Assembly: GCA_022825005.1 (NCBI GenBank)
Contig: JAJDYU010000009.1
Coordinates: 20,227-84,226 of the forward strand
Source of the DNA: Acidimicrobiia bacterium
Lineage (GTDB): Bacteria > Actinomycetota > Acidimicrobiia > Acidimicrobiales > Bin134
Reading direction: 5' to 3'
DNA length: 64,000 bases
Of this stretch, positions 25,537 through 35,550 are shown one piece after another; position 1 is the first letter of the stretch, and every line of letters begins with the position of its first letter. The notes beneath the pieces are model-generated. The model had not been told where the DNA came from. It did not search any database and saw only the letters and a program-made list of their open reading frames with translations. The position numbers were made by a program, and so were the translations under genes.

Positions 25537-28500
25537 TTGTCAGAACCGTCCACCCCCTATCCCGAGGTCGACCCCAAGCCGTTCTTCCCCGAGATCGAGC
25601 GCCGGGTGCTGGAGTCGTGGGCCACCGATGAGACCTTCGCCCAGTCGGTGACGGAGCGGCCCGCGGGGACCGACGGTGACAACGAATACGTGTTCTACGA
25701 CGGCCCCCCGTTCGCCAACGGGCTCCCCCACCACGGGCACCTCCTCACCGGCTACGTGAAGGACGTGATCCCCCGATTCCACACCATGCGGGGGCGCCGG
25801 GTGGAGCGCCGGTTCGGGTGGGACTGCCACGGTCTGCCCGCGGAGATGGAGGCCGAGAAGGAACTGTCGGTGTCGGGGCGGGCGGCCATCACCGGCTACG
25901 GCATCGACCGGTTCAACCACTACTGCCGCCAATCGGTGCTGCGCTACACCCAGGAGTGGGAGACCACGGTGACCCGCCAGGCCCGCTGGGTGGACTTTGC
26001 CGACGACTACAAGACCATGGACCTGCCCTACATGGAGTCGGTCATGTGGGCCTTCAAGTCGCTGTGGGACAAGGGCCTGGTCTATGAGGCCCACCGGGTG
26101 ATGCCCTACTCCTGGGCGGCCGAGACCCCGCTGTCCAACTTCGAGATCCGCTTGGACGACGCCACCCGCCCTCGCCAGGACCCGGCCATCACCGTGGCCT
26201 TCGACCTGCTGCCCGAGCCCGGCGACCCGGGGCCGATGCGCATCCTGGCCTGGACCACCACGCCGTGGACCCTTCCGTCCAACCTCATGCTGATTGTGGG
26301 GCCCGACATCGACTACGCCGTGGTGGAGCACGAAGGCGGCCACGTGGTGCTGGCCTCGGCAACCCTGGAGGCCTACGGCGCCGAACTGGGCCAGGGCCGG
26401 GTGGTGGGCACCGTGGCCGGATCCGAGCTGATCGGTAGGCGCTATCGGCCGCTGTTCGACTACTTCTCCTCCCTGGAATCTGAGGGCGCCTTCTGTGTGC
26501 TGGGGGCCGATTTCGTGGACACCACCGAGGGCACCGGCGTGGTCCACGCCGCCCCCGGGTTCGGCGAGGACGACCAGCAGGCCGCCGAGGCCCACGGCCT
26601 GCCCATGGTGGTGCCGGTTAACGACCAGGGCCGCTTCACCGACGAGGTGGCCGACTGGGCCGGGGTCAACGTGTTCGAGGCCAACAGCGGCATCATCGCC
26701 CGGCTCAAAGAGCAGGGCCGGATCCTGCGCCACGCCACCTACGAGCACAACTATCCGCACTGCTGGCGCACCGACGAGCCCATCATCTACCGGGCCCTCA
26801 GCTCGTGGTTCGTGAGGGTGACCGACATCCGCGACAAGATGCTGGCGCTGAACCAGCAGATCAACTGGGTACCGGGCCATGTGCGCGACGGGCGGTTCGG
26901 CACGTGGCTGGAGGGCGCCCGCGACTGGTCGATCAGCCGCAACCGGTTCTGGGGTTCGCCCATCCCGGTGTGGCGCAGCGACAACCCGGCCTACCCCCGG
27001 TTGGACGTGTACGGGAGCCTGGACGAGATCGAGCGGGATTTCGGAGTGCGGCCCGTGGACTTGCACCGGCCGTTCATCGACGAGCTGACCCGGCCCAACC
27101 CCGACGACCCCACCGGGGAGTCGGTCATGCGACGGGTGCCCGAGGTGCTGGACTGCTGGTTCGAATCGGGGTCGATGCCCTTCGCCCAGGTCCACTACCC
27201 GTTCGAGAACAAGGAGTGGTTCGAGCACCACTTCCCGGCCGACTTCATCGTGGAGTACATCAACCAGACCCGGGGCTGGTTCTACACCCTCCACGTGCTG
27301 GCCTCTGCCCTATTCGACCGGCCGGCGTTCAACAACGTGATCTGCCACGGCATCCTGCTAGACGCCAAAGGCCGGAAGCTGTCCAAGAAGCTGAGGAACT
27401 ACACCGAGCCCGAGGAGATCTTCGCCACCAAGGGGGCCGACGCGCTGCGGTGGTATCTGATGGGCTCTCCCATCGTTCGGGGCGGTGACCTCCGCCTGGA
27501 CGATTCGGGGATCGACGACGTGCTGCGCCAGGTGATCATCCCGATCTGGAACGCCTATTACTTCTTCGCCCTGTACGCCAACGCCGACGGGATCCAGGCC
27601 AAGCCCCGGGCCAGCTCCGAGGAGCTGCTAGACCGCTACATCCTGGCCAAGACCCGCCAGCTCACCGAGGCGGTCACCTCGCACATGGAGGCCTACGACC
27701 TGCCCGGCGCCACCGCCGAGCTGGAGGGGTTCATCGACTCCCTGAACAACTGGTACATCCGCCGCAGCCGGGACCGCTTCTGGGCGCCGTCGCGCCCGTC
27801 GTCGGCCGACGACAAGCAGGACGCCTACGACACCCTGTTCACGGTGCTGACCACCCTGGCCCGGCTGCTGGCGCCGTTTCTGCCGCTGGTTTCCGAGGAG
27901 ATCTACCGGGGCCTCACCGGGGAGTCGAGCGTCCACCTGTGCGATTGGCCCGACCCCTCAGAGCTGCCCGCCGATCCCCAGCTGGTGTCCGCCATGGACC
28001 GGGTGCGCGACGTGTGCTCCACCGGACTGCGGGTGCGTGAAGATGAGGGCATCCGGGTCCGCCAGCCCCTGCCGTCGCTCACCGTGGCCGGCCACGGGGT
28101 GGACGCCTTGGCGCCGTTCATCTCGCTGGTGGCCGATGAGGTGAACGTTAAGGAGGTTCTCCTCAGCGGCGACCTCACCGCCTACGGGCAGTTCGTACTC
28201 CGCCCCAACGGCCAGGAGCTGGGCCCCCGCTTGGGCAAGGACGCCCAGGAGGTGTTCACCGCCGCTCGCAAGGGCAACTGGGAGGCCAATGCCGACGGCA
28301 CAGTGACCGTGGCCGGCCATGTGCTGTCACACGGCGAGTTCCAATTGGCCTTGAACCCGTCAGAGGGGACCACTGCGGCGGCATTGCGAACCAACGATGC
28401 CCTCGTGGCGCTGGACACCGCCGTCAGCGCTGAGCTGGCCACCGAGGGGATCGCCCGAGACGTGATTCGGGCGGTGCAGGCTGAGCGCAAGAACCAGGAT

Positions 28501-28713
28501 CTCGACGTCACCGACCGGATCGAGTTGTCCATTGCCGCCGACGCCAAGATCATCGAGGCGGTGGAGGCCCACCTCACCTACGTCTGCGAGCAGGTGCTGG
28601 CCGTCGGCCAGCCCCAGCTCATCAACGCCGATCAGGAAGCTGCTGCTGCCACCGACCTGTCAATTGACGCCGGGCGCCTCTCTGTCAGCCTGGCCAAAGC
28701 CGAAGCGCAGTAG
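25537..28713 (+). CDS. ileS: isoleucyl-tRNA synthetase
   Basis: 1058 aa. PHHGHLLTGY (HIGH region), KLSKKL (KMSKS region), and a conserved editing domain. Confidence 0.97.
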   Translation: MSEPSTPYPEVDPKPFFPEIERRVLESWATDETFAQSVTERPAGTDGDNEYVFYDGPPFANGLPHHGHLLTGYVKDVIPRFHTMRGRRVERRFGWDCHGLPAEMEAEKELSVSGRAAITGYGIDRFNHYCRQSVLRYTQEWETTVTRQARWVDFADDYKTMDLPYMESVMWAFKSLWDKGLVYEAHRVMPYSWAAETPLSNFEIRLDDATRPRQDPAITVAFDLLPEPGDPGPMRILAWTTTPWTLPSNLMLIVGPDIDYAVVEHEGGHVVLASATLEAYGAELGQGRVVGTVAGSELIGRRYRPLFDYFSSLESEGAFCVLGADFVDTTEGTGVVHAAPGFGEDDQQAAEAHGLPMVVPVNDQGRFTDEVADWAGVNVFEANSGIIARLKEQGRILRHATYEHNYPHCWRTDEPIIYRALSSWFVRVTDIRDKMLALNQQINWVPGHVRDGRFGTWLEGARDWSISRNRFWGSPIPVWRSDNPAYPRLDVYGSLDEIERDFGVRPVDLHRPFIDELTRPNPDDPTGESVMRRVPEVLDCWFESGSMPFAQVHYPFENKEWFEHHFPADFIVEYINQTRGWFYTLHVLASALFDRPAFNNVICHGILLDAKGRKLSKKLRNYTEPEEIFATKGADALRWYLMGSPIVRGGDLRLDDSGIDDVLRQVIIPIWNAYYFFALYANADGIQAKPRASSEELLDRYILAKTRQLTEAVTSHMEAYDLPGATAELEGFIDSLNNWYIRRSRDRFWAPSRPSSADDKQDAYDTLFTVLTTLARLLAPFLPLVSEEIYRGLTGESSVHLCDWPDPSELPADPQLVSAMDRVRDVCSTGLRVREDEGIRVRQPLPSLTVAGHGVDALAPFISLVADEVNVKEVLLSGDLTAYGQFVLRPNGQELGPRLGKDAQEVFTAARKGNWEANADGTVTVAGHVLSHGEFQLALNPSEGTTAAALRTNDALVALDTAVSAELATEGIARDVIRAVQAERKNQDLDVTDRIELSIAADAKIIEAVEAHLTYVCEQVLAVGQPQLINADQEAAAATDLSIDAGRLSVSLAKAEAQ

Positions 28714-29232
28714 TCAGCCGTTCTGGTAGTCGGCCTGCTCCATGCGGCGCCGATCCTCAGCCGACACCTCCACGTTGGTGGGGGTCAGCAGGTACACGTG
28801 ATCGGCCACCCGCTCCATGCGGCCGTCTAGTCCGTAGCACAGGCCGCTGGAGAAATCGATGAGCCGGCGGGCCACCTCCCGGCTGCTGTGCTGAAGGTTC
28901 ACGATGACCGCCTGCCCGCCCCGGAAGCAGTCCCCCACATCCTTGGCGTCGTCGAAAGAGATTGGGCTGACCACGGAGGGCTTGGAGGAGGTTGACGGAA
29001 TGGGGCGGACAAAGCTGGTGCGAGGTTGCTCGGCCGTTGCTTCGCCATCGGGCGAATCGGTTGCCGGGATGGGCCGCACCGAGCCCCCCTCAGCGGTCGC
29101 CGGGAATTCGCTATCAGGCGACTGAGACACCAGTCGCATGTCTGAGTCCTGCTCCGCATAGCCCTCGGGAGAGAACTCCTCTTCGGTCCCGAACCCGAGC
29201 CAGAACTTGGTTTTCTGCCACACGGACGACAT
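28714..29232 (-). CDS. sepF: cell division protein SepF
   Basis: GAGGGGGA precedes ATG 29232 (MSSVWQKTKFWLGFG). C-terminal DUF552 core FDDAKDVGDCFRGGQAVIVNL...RLIDFSSG. Confidence 0.85.
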   Translation of the reverse strand: MSSVWQKTKFWLGFGTEEEFSPEGYAEQDSDMRLVSQSPDSEFPATAEGGSVRPIPATDSPDGEATAEQPRTSFVRPIPSTSSKPSVVSPISFDDAKDVGDCFRGGQAVIVNLQHSSREVARRLIDFSSGLCYGLDGRMERVADHVYLLTPTNVEVSAEDRRRMEQADYQNG

Positions 29233-29326
29233 TTGTTCATCCCCCTCTCGGCAGCGATTCACTTGCTGTGGCTGATGGTACAGGAACCGGCCCCTTAATT
29301 CGGGGAGGGCCGCTAGCCGGCGCGGT

Positions 29327-29986
29327 TTATCGGGGTCGAGGGCCGAACAGGGCGGTGCCAACCCTGACCATGGTAGCGCCCTCTTCCACGGCCACCTCCA
29401 TATCGGCGGTCATGCCCATGGACAGCTCAGCCAGGCCGAGGTCTTGGGCCTGGGAGGCCAGAAGGCGAAAACCGGGTCGGGCGTCTTCGGGCGTTCCCGG
29501 TGCGCCCACCGCCATCAGCCCAGCCACCTCCAAACCTGCCTCGCGGCAGCGCCCCACCAGCCCGGCGGTGTCGTGGGGGGCACATCCCCCTCGCCCGCCG
29601 ATGCCGGCGATGTCTACTTGCACCAGAACTCTGGCGCCCGGCGCCCGCTTGGCGATCTCCGCGGCCAACTCGGGGCGGTCCACGCTCTGCCAGAGGTGGA
29701 CCACGTCGGCGATCTTGCGGATCTTGTTGCGCTGGAGGCGGCCGATGAAGTGCCAGCGGGGCTGGGGGCCCGAACCGGGCTGGGCGCTCAGCTCCGCTGC
29801 CTTGGCCAGAAGATCCTGGGCGTAGTTCTCGCCGAGGTCGGCCAAGCCGGCGTCTGTGGCCGCGGCCACTGCGTCGAGGCCGAAGCCCTTGGTAACCGCC
29901 ACCACCTGTACTTGATCGCCCCCGGCCCGAGATAGCCGCTCTCGCAAGGCACCCAGGCGATCGGCTACCTCCGCGGGCGTGATCAA
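29327..29986 (-). CDS. ylmE: PLP-binding protein YggS/YlmE family
   Basis: VVAVTKGF (PLP lysine) and HFIGRLQRNK, at the conserved position after ftsZ. Confidence 0.85.
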   Translation of the reverse strand: MITPAEVADRLGALRERLSRAGGDQVQVVAVTKGFGLDAVAAATDAGLADLGENYAQDLLAKAAELSAQPGSGPQPRWHFIGRLQRNKIRKIADVVHLWQSVDRPELAAEIAKRAPGARVLVQVDIAGIGGRGGCAPHDTAGLVGRCREAGLEVAGLMAVGAPGTPEDARPGFRLLASQAQDLGLAELSMGMTADMEVAVEEGATMVRVGTALFGPRPR

Positions 29987-30008
29987 TTCAATGTCTCAGC
30001 TTGCCGGA

Positions 30009-31094
30009 CTACCGGAGGAAGGAGGGGATGTCGAACTCGTCTTCCACCTCAGAGGACAGGAGCTCGTCTTCGGTGCCTCCGAACACATCGGGGACCTCGC
30101 CGGCGCCCATTGAGTCGGCGGCCGACATCCTGGTGGCCCGCTCGCCCTCCCACCGATCGAATCCGGCCGCGATAACCGTGACCCGGATGTGGTCGCCCAT
30201 GGCATCGTCCACCACCGTGCCGAAGATGATGTTGGCATCGGGATGGGCCACGCCCTGGACGATCTCGGCCGCCTCGTTCACCTCGAAGATGCCAAGGTCG
30301 GCGCCGCCGGCGATGCTCAGCAGGATGCCGCGAGCCCCTTCGATGGAGGCCTCGAGCAGCGGGCTGGCGATGGCCTTGCGGGCCGCGCTGACCGCCTTGC
30401 CCTCACCCGAGGAGATGCCCACGCCCATGAGCGCAGAACCGGCGTCCTGCATCACCATGCGCACGTCGGCGAAGTCGGTGTTGATAAGCCCAGGGGTGGT
30501 GATCAAGTCGGTGATCCCCTGGACGCCGTGCAGCAGAACCTCATCGGCCATGCGGAACGCGTCCACCACCGAGGTGTGGTCGTCGGAGATGCTGAGCAGG
30601 CGGTCGTTGGGAATGACGATCTGGGTGTCGACCTTGTCCTTGAGGGACTGGATGCCGGTCTCCGCCTGAACGGATCGACGGCGGCCCTCGAAGCCGAACG
30701 GCCGAGTCACCACTGCGATGGTGAGGGCGCCGAGCCCCTTGGAGATCTCGGCGATGACCGGAGCAGCCCCGGTACCGGTGCCGCCACCCTCGCCCGCGGT
30801 GATGAACACCATGTCGGCGCCGCTGAGCGCCTCTTCGATCTCCTTGCGGTGATCGGTGGCCGCTTGCGCGCCGACCTCGGGATCGCTTCCCGCGCCCAGC
30901 CCTCGGGTCAGCTCTCGACCAATGTCAAGCTTTACCTCAGCTGAACTCATGAGCAGAGCCTGGGCATCAGTGTTGACAGCCACGAACTCCACGCCGCGCA
31001 AACCGGCTTCGATCATGCGGTCAACGGCGTTGACACCGCCGCCTCCCACGCCGATTACCTTGATGACTGCTAGATAGTTTTGGGGTTCAACCAT
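30009..31094 (-). CDS. ftsZ: cell division GTPase FtsZ
   Basis: [14 protein letters not shown] and the tubulin signature [13 protein letters not shown]. Confidence 0.97.
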   Translation of the reverse strand: MVEPQNYLAVIKVIGVGGGGVNAVDRMIEAGLRGVEFVAVNTDAQALLMSSAEVKLDIGRELTRGLGAGSDPEVGAQAATDHRKEIEEALSGADMVFITAGEGGGTGTGAAPVIAEISKGLGALTIAVVTRPFGFEGRRRSVQAETGIQSLKDKVDTQIVIPNDRLLSISDDHTSVVDAFRMADEVLLHGVQGITDLITTPGLINTDFADVRMVMQDAGSALMGVGISSGEGKAVSAARKAIASPLLEASIEGARGILLSIAGGADLGIFEVNEAAEIVQGVAHPDANIIFGTVVDDAMGDHIRVTVIAAGFDRWEGERATRMSAADSMGAGEVPDVFGGTEDELLSSEVEDEFDIPSFLR

Positions 31095-31201
31095 GGGGCT
31101 ACCTCACTCCAATAGCTCAAATCTTCACTCTCTACTTTTGGTTTATATGAATGAAGGGTTGAGGCTTTAGAACCTATTCCTCAAGTAGAGGTATATTCAG
31201 C

Positions 31202-32041
31202 TTACGAGCAATCGTCAATTGGGGTCAAGGCGGGAAGTTCGGGGATGCTCAGATCAACCTTCTCGTAGCAATGCAGGTCGACTCGGGCCAAAAACGTGGC
31301 CAGGGCGACCGCCTTGCCCCGGGGGTCGTCTCGTCCTCCCCAATGGGCCCGTCCCACTCCGGGCAAATCGACGATCAACTCCCCATCGACCCAGGCGATC
31401 GCCCCGATTTCCTCGCCCTGGAGGGGAATGAGAGCCTCACTGGCCTCCAGCAGCGGCAGTGCCGCCGCCGAGAGCCACCCCCCCGGCTCGGGAACCGGGG
31501 CGAACAGAACCACCGGCAGCCGCCCGCGAGTGTGATCGATCTGGAGCACCCTGCCCTGGATGTCGACCAACGCCCAGTTCTGCTCGCCGGGGGTTTGGGC
31601 CTCTATCGGGACTTGGGCCACCGCGGTGCGCTCGGTGACGTCGAAGGTGACTTTGCCGCCCCAACTCCGACTGGAGCGCACTTGGGCCACCCACGGCAGC
31701 GCGGCAATGGACTTGCGGGGACCGGACAGGTCGAGTCCCAATAGCGGAGTGCCGGGCTCGACCCCGGCCACCTCCAATACCTGTCGGGCGCCGGTGCGGC
31801 GGGCGCCGATCACCTCCACCTCATCCACATCCAATAGAGCACTCCGGCTGACCCCGAAAGCGGCGGCCAGCAAGACGACGACGATGCCGATGGTGATCCA
31901 CACCCGCAGACGCCGCCGGGCGTGGACGTCGTTGCGGCGAGCCTCGATCCGGGGATCCACCGAAGGCCGGGGATCCACGGAAGGCCGGGGCTCTGGCGGC
32001 CTGCTCTCTGGCCGATCGTCGGAAGTGTCGTCGGTGGGCAT
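31202..32041 (-). CDS. ftsQ: cell division protein FtsQ (POTRA domain)
   Basis: Single TM (WITIGIVVVLLAAAFGV), then POTRA-like LLDVDEVEVIGARRT. Start taken at ATG 32041, 1 nt after the murB stop. Confidence 0.75.
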   Translation of the reverse strand: MPTDDTSDDRPESRPPEPRPSVDPRPSVDPRIEARRNDVHARRRLRVWITIGIVVVLLAAAFGVSRSALLDVDEVEVIGARRTGARQVLEVAGVEPGTPLLGLDLSGPRKSIAALPWVAQVRSSRSWGGKVTFDVTERTAVAQVPIEAQTPGEQNWALVDIQGRVLQIDHTRGRLPVVLFAPVPEPGGWLSAAALPLLEASEALIPLQGEEIGAIAWVDGELIVDLPGVGRAHWGGRDDPRGKAVALATFLARVDLHCYEKVDLSIPELPALTPIDDCS

Positions 32042-32042
32042 G

Positions 32043-32990
32043 TCAGCTTGGCTCTTCAGACCAGGGGCCGGCCTCAAAACCCACGAGGCGGGTCTCGGGT
32101 CGCAAAGCGATGTCGAACTTAGCCCGAACTCGTGTGAACACCTCGCCCATCAGAGCATGGAGGTGGTCGGCCGAGCCGCCCCGGTCGGCGATGAAGAAGT
32201 TCGCGTGCTTCTCGGAGACCGAGGCGGTGCCCACCCGGAGGCCCTTCAAGCCCGCGGCGTCGATTATCCGCCCCGCACTGTCTCCGTCGGGGTTGGTGAA
32301 TACCGAACCGGCGTTCTGTCCCCCCGGCTGGTTCTCTCGCCGCCACGCCACGATCTCGGCAATCTGGGCCTGCGACGCCTCGGCATCCCCCGCAGCCAAC
32401 CCCAGATCGGCGCTCAGCACCAGGTGGTGATCGGCCAACGCCGAGCAGCGATAGCCGAACTCCAGCCGCGGTGTGTCCCACCGCTCTACGGTGCCGGCCC
32501 GTAGGTCGACCACCTCGGCACCGATCAACGACGCGGCGATGTCGGAGCCGTGGCCGCCGGCGTTCATGCGAACCGCACCCCCCAGCGAGCCCGGCACCCC
32601 GACCGCCCACTCAAAGCCCGTCAGGCCGGCCGCCGCGCTCTGGCGGGCCAGAATCGGGAGACCGGCGGCGGCACCGGCTCTGATCTTGAGTCCGTCGATC
32701 TCCGCCCCGTCGAAGCCGGGACCCAGCCAAACGGCTACCCCGTCGAAGCCGGCGTCGGCCACTAGGAGATTCGAGCCCTTGCCCACCACCAGCACGTCGG
32801 CGCCGCTGGCGGCCAATGCCTCGGCCAGGGCGGTGGTGTCGGCGTCGGCGGCCAGCGTCACCCCCACTCGCGCCGCCCCTCCCACCCGATAGGTGGTCTC
32901 CGGACCGATCGGGCGCTCTCGGGCGACGGCATCGCGCCCCAGCGCTCGGGCCAGATCCTCGGCCAGGCGATTCCAGGGGGCAGAGCTCAT
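32043..32990 (-). CDS. murB: UDP-N-acetylenolpyruvoylglucosamine reductase
   Basis: TYRVGGAA...VVGKGSNLLVADAGFDG FAD-binding region. ATG 32990 overlaps the murC stop (ATGA). Confidence 0.85.
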   Translation of the reverse strand: MSSAPWNRLAEDLARALGRDAVARERPIGPETTYRVGGAARVGVTLAADADTTALAEALAASGADVLVVGKGSNLLVADAGFDGVAVWLGPGFDGAEIDGLKIRAGAAAGLPILARQSAAAGLTGFEWAVGVPGSLGGAVRMNAGGHGSDIAASLIGAEVVDLRAGTVERWDTPRLEFGYRCSALADHHLVLSADLGLAAGDAEASQAQIAEIVAWRRENQPGGQNAGSVFTNPDGDSAGRIIDAAGLKGLRVGTASVSEKHANFFIADRGGSADHLHALMGEVFTRVRAKFDIALRPETRLVGFEAGPWSEEPS

Positions 32991-34360
32991 TGCCGCTCGG
33001 AAAGCCTCGAGATCACCCGGTCGGGAAGCCGGGTGAGGTCGCCGGCGCCCAGGGTGAGGCACAGGTCTCCGGGGCGAAGCCCGCTGACCAAAATGTCGGC
33101 CACGTCTTCGAGCCCCGCCACATAGGAGACGTCCCAATCCGGGTGGGCCTCCTTCACCCCCTGCCAGATCAGCTCCCCAGACACGCCGGGGATGGGTGGC
33201 TCGCCTGCCGAGTAGATGTCGGTGACGATCACCTCGTCGGCGCCCTCAAAGCAGTGGGCGAATGACTCCCACAGTTGCGAGGTGCGGGTGTAGCGGTGGG
33301 GTTGGAACACGCACACGACCCGGTTCCATCCCCCGTCGGAGGCCGCCTTCAGCGCACAGGCCACTTCGGTGGGCAGGTGAGCGTAGTCGTCCACGAAATC
33401 GACCCCGGCGGCCTTCCCCCGGTGCTCGAACCGCCGGGTGACCCCCCGGAACCCCGCCAGCGCCCCCGCCGCTTGGGACTGGTCCACCCCCAGCTCGCAG
33501 GCCATGGCCAAAGCGCCGGTGGCGTTGAGGGCGTTGTGGTCTCCCGGCATCGGTACCGTCACCGGGCCGATGAGCTCGCCGCGGCGAATCACCTCTCCAA
33601 CCGTGGATTCCCGGCTGCGGCTCACCAGCCGCCACCGGTAGTCGGCCTCTGGCCCGGTTCCGTAGAGGACTCGGTTGCCGCCCTGCGACGCCTGCATAGC
33701 ACCGCGGTCGTCGGCGCACACCACCAGCCCATTGGCGGTACCAGCGCAGAATCGGGCGAATTCAGCCTCCAGCTCTTCCGCCGGGCGATCTCGACGCAGG
33801 TGATCGGGCTCCACGCTGGTCAACACCGCCCAATCGACCATTAGCTCTCCGAAGGTGCCGTCGCTCTCGTCGGCCTCGACCACGAACAGGGGGCTGTCGG
33901 ACCACCGAGCCCCGATCATGCCGTTGGCCAAGACTGCGCCCACCACATACCCGGGATCGGCCCCGGCCGCCATGAGCATGTGGGACAACATGGCCGCGGT
34001 GGTGGTCTTGCCGTGGGTGCCCGCCACCGCCACGGTGGTCCGAAGCTCTGTGATGGCCGTCAGGATCTCGGCTCGGCGGTAGACGGGGATGCCGGCTTGG
34101 CGGGCCGCAAGGATCTCAGGGTTGTCGTCGCCCACCGCGGTGGAGCGGGCCACAATGTCGGCCCCCGATACATGAGAGGCCTGATGGCCGACGTGTACGT
34201 CCACCCCGATTTCCCGCAGACGATCAAGCACCGGGGTGTCAGCCGCATCGCTGCCGCTGACCCGGCAGCCCAGCCCCCGCAAAACCACGGCGATCGCCGA
34301 CATGCCCGCTCCGCCCACTCCCAACAGGTGGACTCGGGGTGCCGAGCTGAGATCGACCAT
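32987..34360 (-). CDS. murC: UDP-N-acetylmuramate--L-alanine ligase
   Basis: True start ATG 34360 (MVDLSSAPRVHLLGVGGAGMSAIA). GTHGKTTT P-loop. The upstream 147 codons of the track ORF are Arg/Gly-rich read-through over murG. Confidence 0.9.
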   Translation of the reverse strand: MVDLSSAPRVHLLGVGGAGMSAIAVVLRGLGCRVSGSDAADTPVLDRLREIGVDVHVGHQASHVSGADIVARSTAVGDDNPEILAARQAGIPVYRRAEILTAITELRTTVAVAGTHGKTTTAAMLSHMLMAAGADPGYVVGAVLANGMIGARWSDSPLFVVEADESDGTFGELMVDWAVLTSVEPDHLRRDRPAEELEAEFARFCAGTANGLVVCADDRGAMQASQGGNRVLYGTGPEADYRWRLVSRSRESTVGEVIRRGELIGPVTVPMPGDHNALNATGALAMACELGVDQSQAAGALAGFRGVTRRFEHRGKAAGVDFVDDYAHLPTEVACALKAASDGGWNRVVCVFQPHRYTRTSQLWESFAHCFEGADEVIVTDIYSAGEPPIPGVSGELIWQGVKEAHPDWDVSYVAGLEDVADILVSGLRPGDLCLTLGAGDLTRLPDRVISRLSERQ

Positions 34361-34365
34361 GGCCT

Positions 34366-35550
34366 CTATTGTTGGTCTTGGCGAGGGCCTCGGGCGTGCA
34401 TCTCCAAAAGATTGGCCACCCGGTCGTCGGCATCGCGGTGGCCGAGATCGGTTGCCTCTCGGCCCATGGCGTCGAGAAGTCCGGGAACCTTGATGAGGTT
34501 CTCCACCTCGAGGGCCATTCGGTCGCCGTCCATCTCGGCGTCGGACACCACCACCGCCCCTCCCAGGGCGGCCAGCTTCGTGGCGTTGGCGGTCTGGTGG
34601 TCGCCGGGGGCCCCCGGCAACGGGACCAGCACCGACGCCAGCCCGACAACGGCGAGCTCGGCCACACTGGAGGCGCCGGCTCGGCCCACCATCAGATCGG
34701 CGGCGGCGTACACACCGGGCATGTTGTCCTCGTACTCCACTGCCCGGTAGTCCAGCGCGGCATCGGACAGGTCGGGGCGCAGGTCGGCCAAATCCTCCCA
34801 ATCCCTGCGGCCCACCACATGATGGACGGCCAGATCATCGCGATCAGCCCAACGGCGAGCGGCCTCGAAAGCGGCCCGGTTGATGCGGGCGGCGCCCAGT
34901 GATCCGCTTACCACCGCGATAAGGCAGCGACCCTCCTCCACGCCGAGAGCGGCTCGGGCCGCAGCCCGGTCGCTCTCCCGGTCGACGCTTTGGACTTGGC
35001 TTCGCACTGGGTTGCCGGTGAGGACCGAGCGGCGCAGCGGGGTTCCCGGAAAGGACACGGCCGACGCCCGGGCCCACCGACTGGCTAGGCGGTTGGCCAA
35101 GCCAGGTACGGCGTTCTGCTCGGCCACGACGATCGGGATCCTGAGCAGCCTCGCCGCCAGCGCGCAGGGCACGCTGGCGTAGCCCCCCAGCCCCAAGACC
35201 ACCGACGGCTGAAGGCGCCGCAGCAGGCGGAGGGACTGGACCACGGCTTGGGCCAGGCCCCAGGCCGACGACAGGTTCTGGCGTGTCAGCCGGCGTTGGA
35301 TGCCCCGGCCGGGCAGCAGGGTCAGTTCGAATCCGGCCGCGGGGATCAGATCGCGCTCCACCCCTCGGGCCGATCCCACGAAGTGGATTGTTTGGGGCTC
35401 GCGACCGCGTCCAACCAGGGCGCGGGCCACAGCCAGGCCGGGATGGACATGGCCGGCAGTTCCGCCCCCGGCGATCACCGCCCACACCGGGGGGCGGCTG
35501 GAGGGCTCGCTGTGCCCCGCCGACTCGCCCGGCCGAGCAGCAGGGTTCAC
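34366..35550 (-). CDS. murG: UDP-GlcNAc:lipid I N-acetylglucosaminyltransferase
   Basis: IAGGGTAGHVHPGLAVA N-terminus. GTG 35550 overlaps the ftsW stop (GTGA). Confidence 0.9.
   Translation of the reverse strand: MNPAARPGESAGHSEPSSRPPVWAVIAGGGTAGHVHPGLAVARALVGRGREPQTIHFVGSARGVERDLIPAAGFELTLLPGRGIQRRLTRQNLSSAWGLAQAVVQSLRLLRRLQPSVVLGLGGYASVPCALAARLLRIPIVVAEQNAVPGLANRLASRWARASAVSFPGTPLRRSVLTGNPVRSQVQSVDRESDRAAARAALGVEEGRCLIAVVSGSLGAARINRAAFEAARRWADRDDLAVHHVVGRRDWEDLADLRPDLSDAALDYRAVEYEDNMPGVYAAADLMVGRAGASSVAELAVVGLASVLVPLPGAPGDHQTANATKLAALGGAVVVSDAEMDGDRMALEVENLIKVPGLLDAMGREATDLGHRDADDRVANLLEMHARGPRQDQQ

Noticed and set aside
25167-25631. 154-aa plus-strand ORF rich in Leu/Phe/Arg, opposite the dksA-like gene
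   Set aside because: It is the antisense reading of the Lys/Ala-rich repeat codons (AAG/GCC). It is a shadow of the real gene and runs through the ileS leader.
34361-34801. N-terminal extensions of the track ORFs for murC (to 34801), murG (to 36678) and murD (to 38470)
   Set aside because: The extensions are out-of-frame read-through over the upstream gene (R/G/P-rich). The conserved N-termini and the ATGA/GTGA/TTGA start-stop overlaps give the shorter, family-typical lengths.
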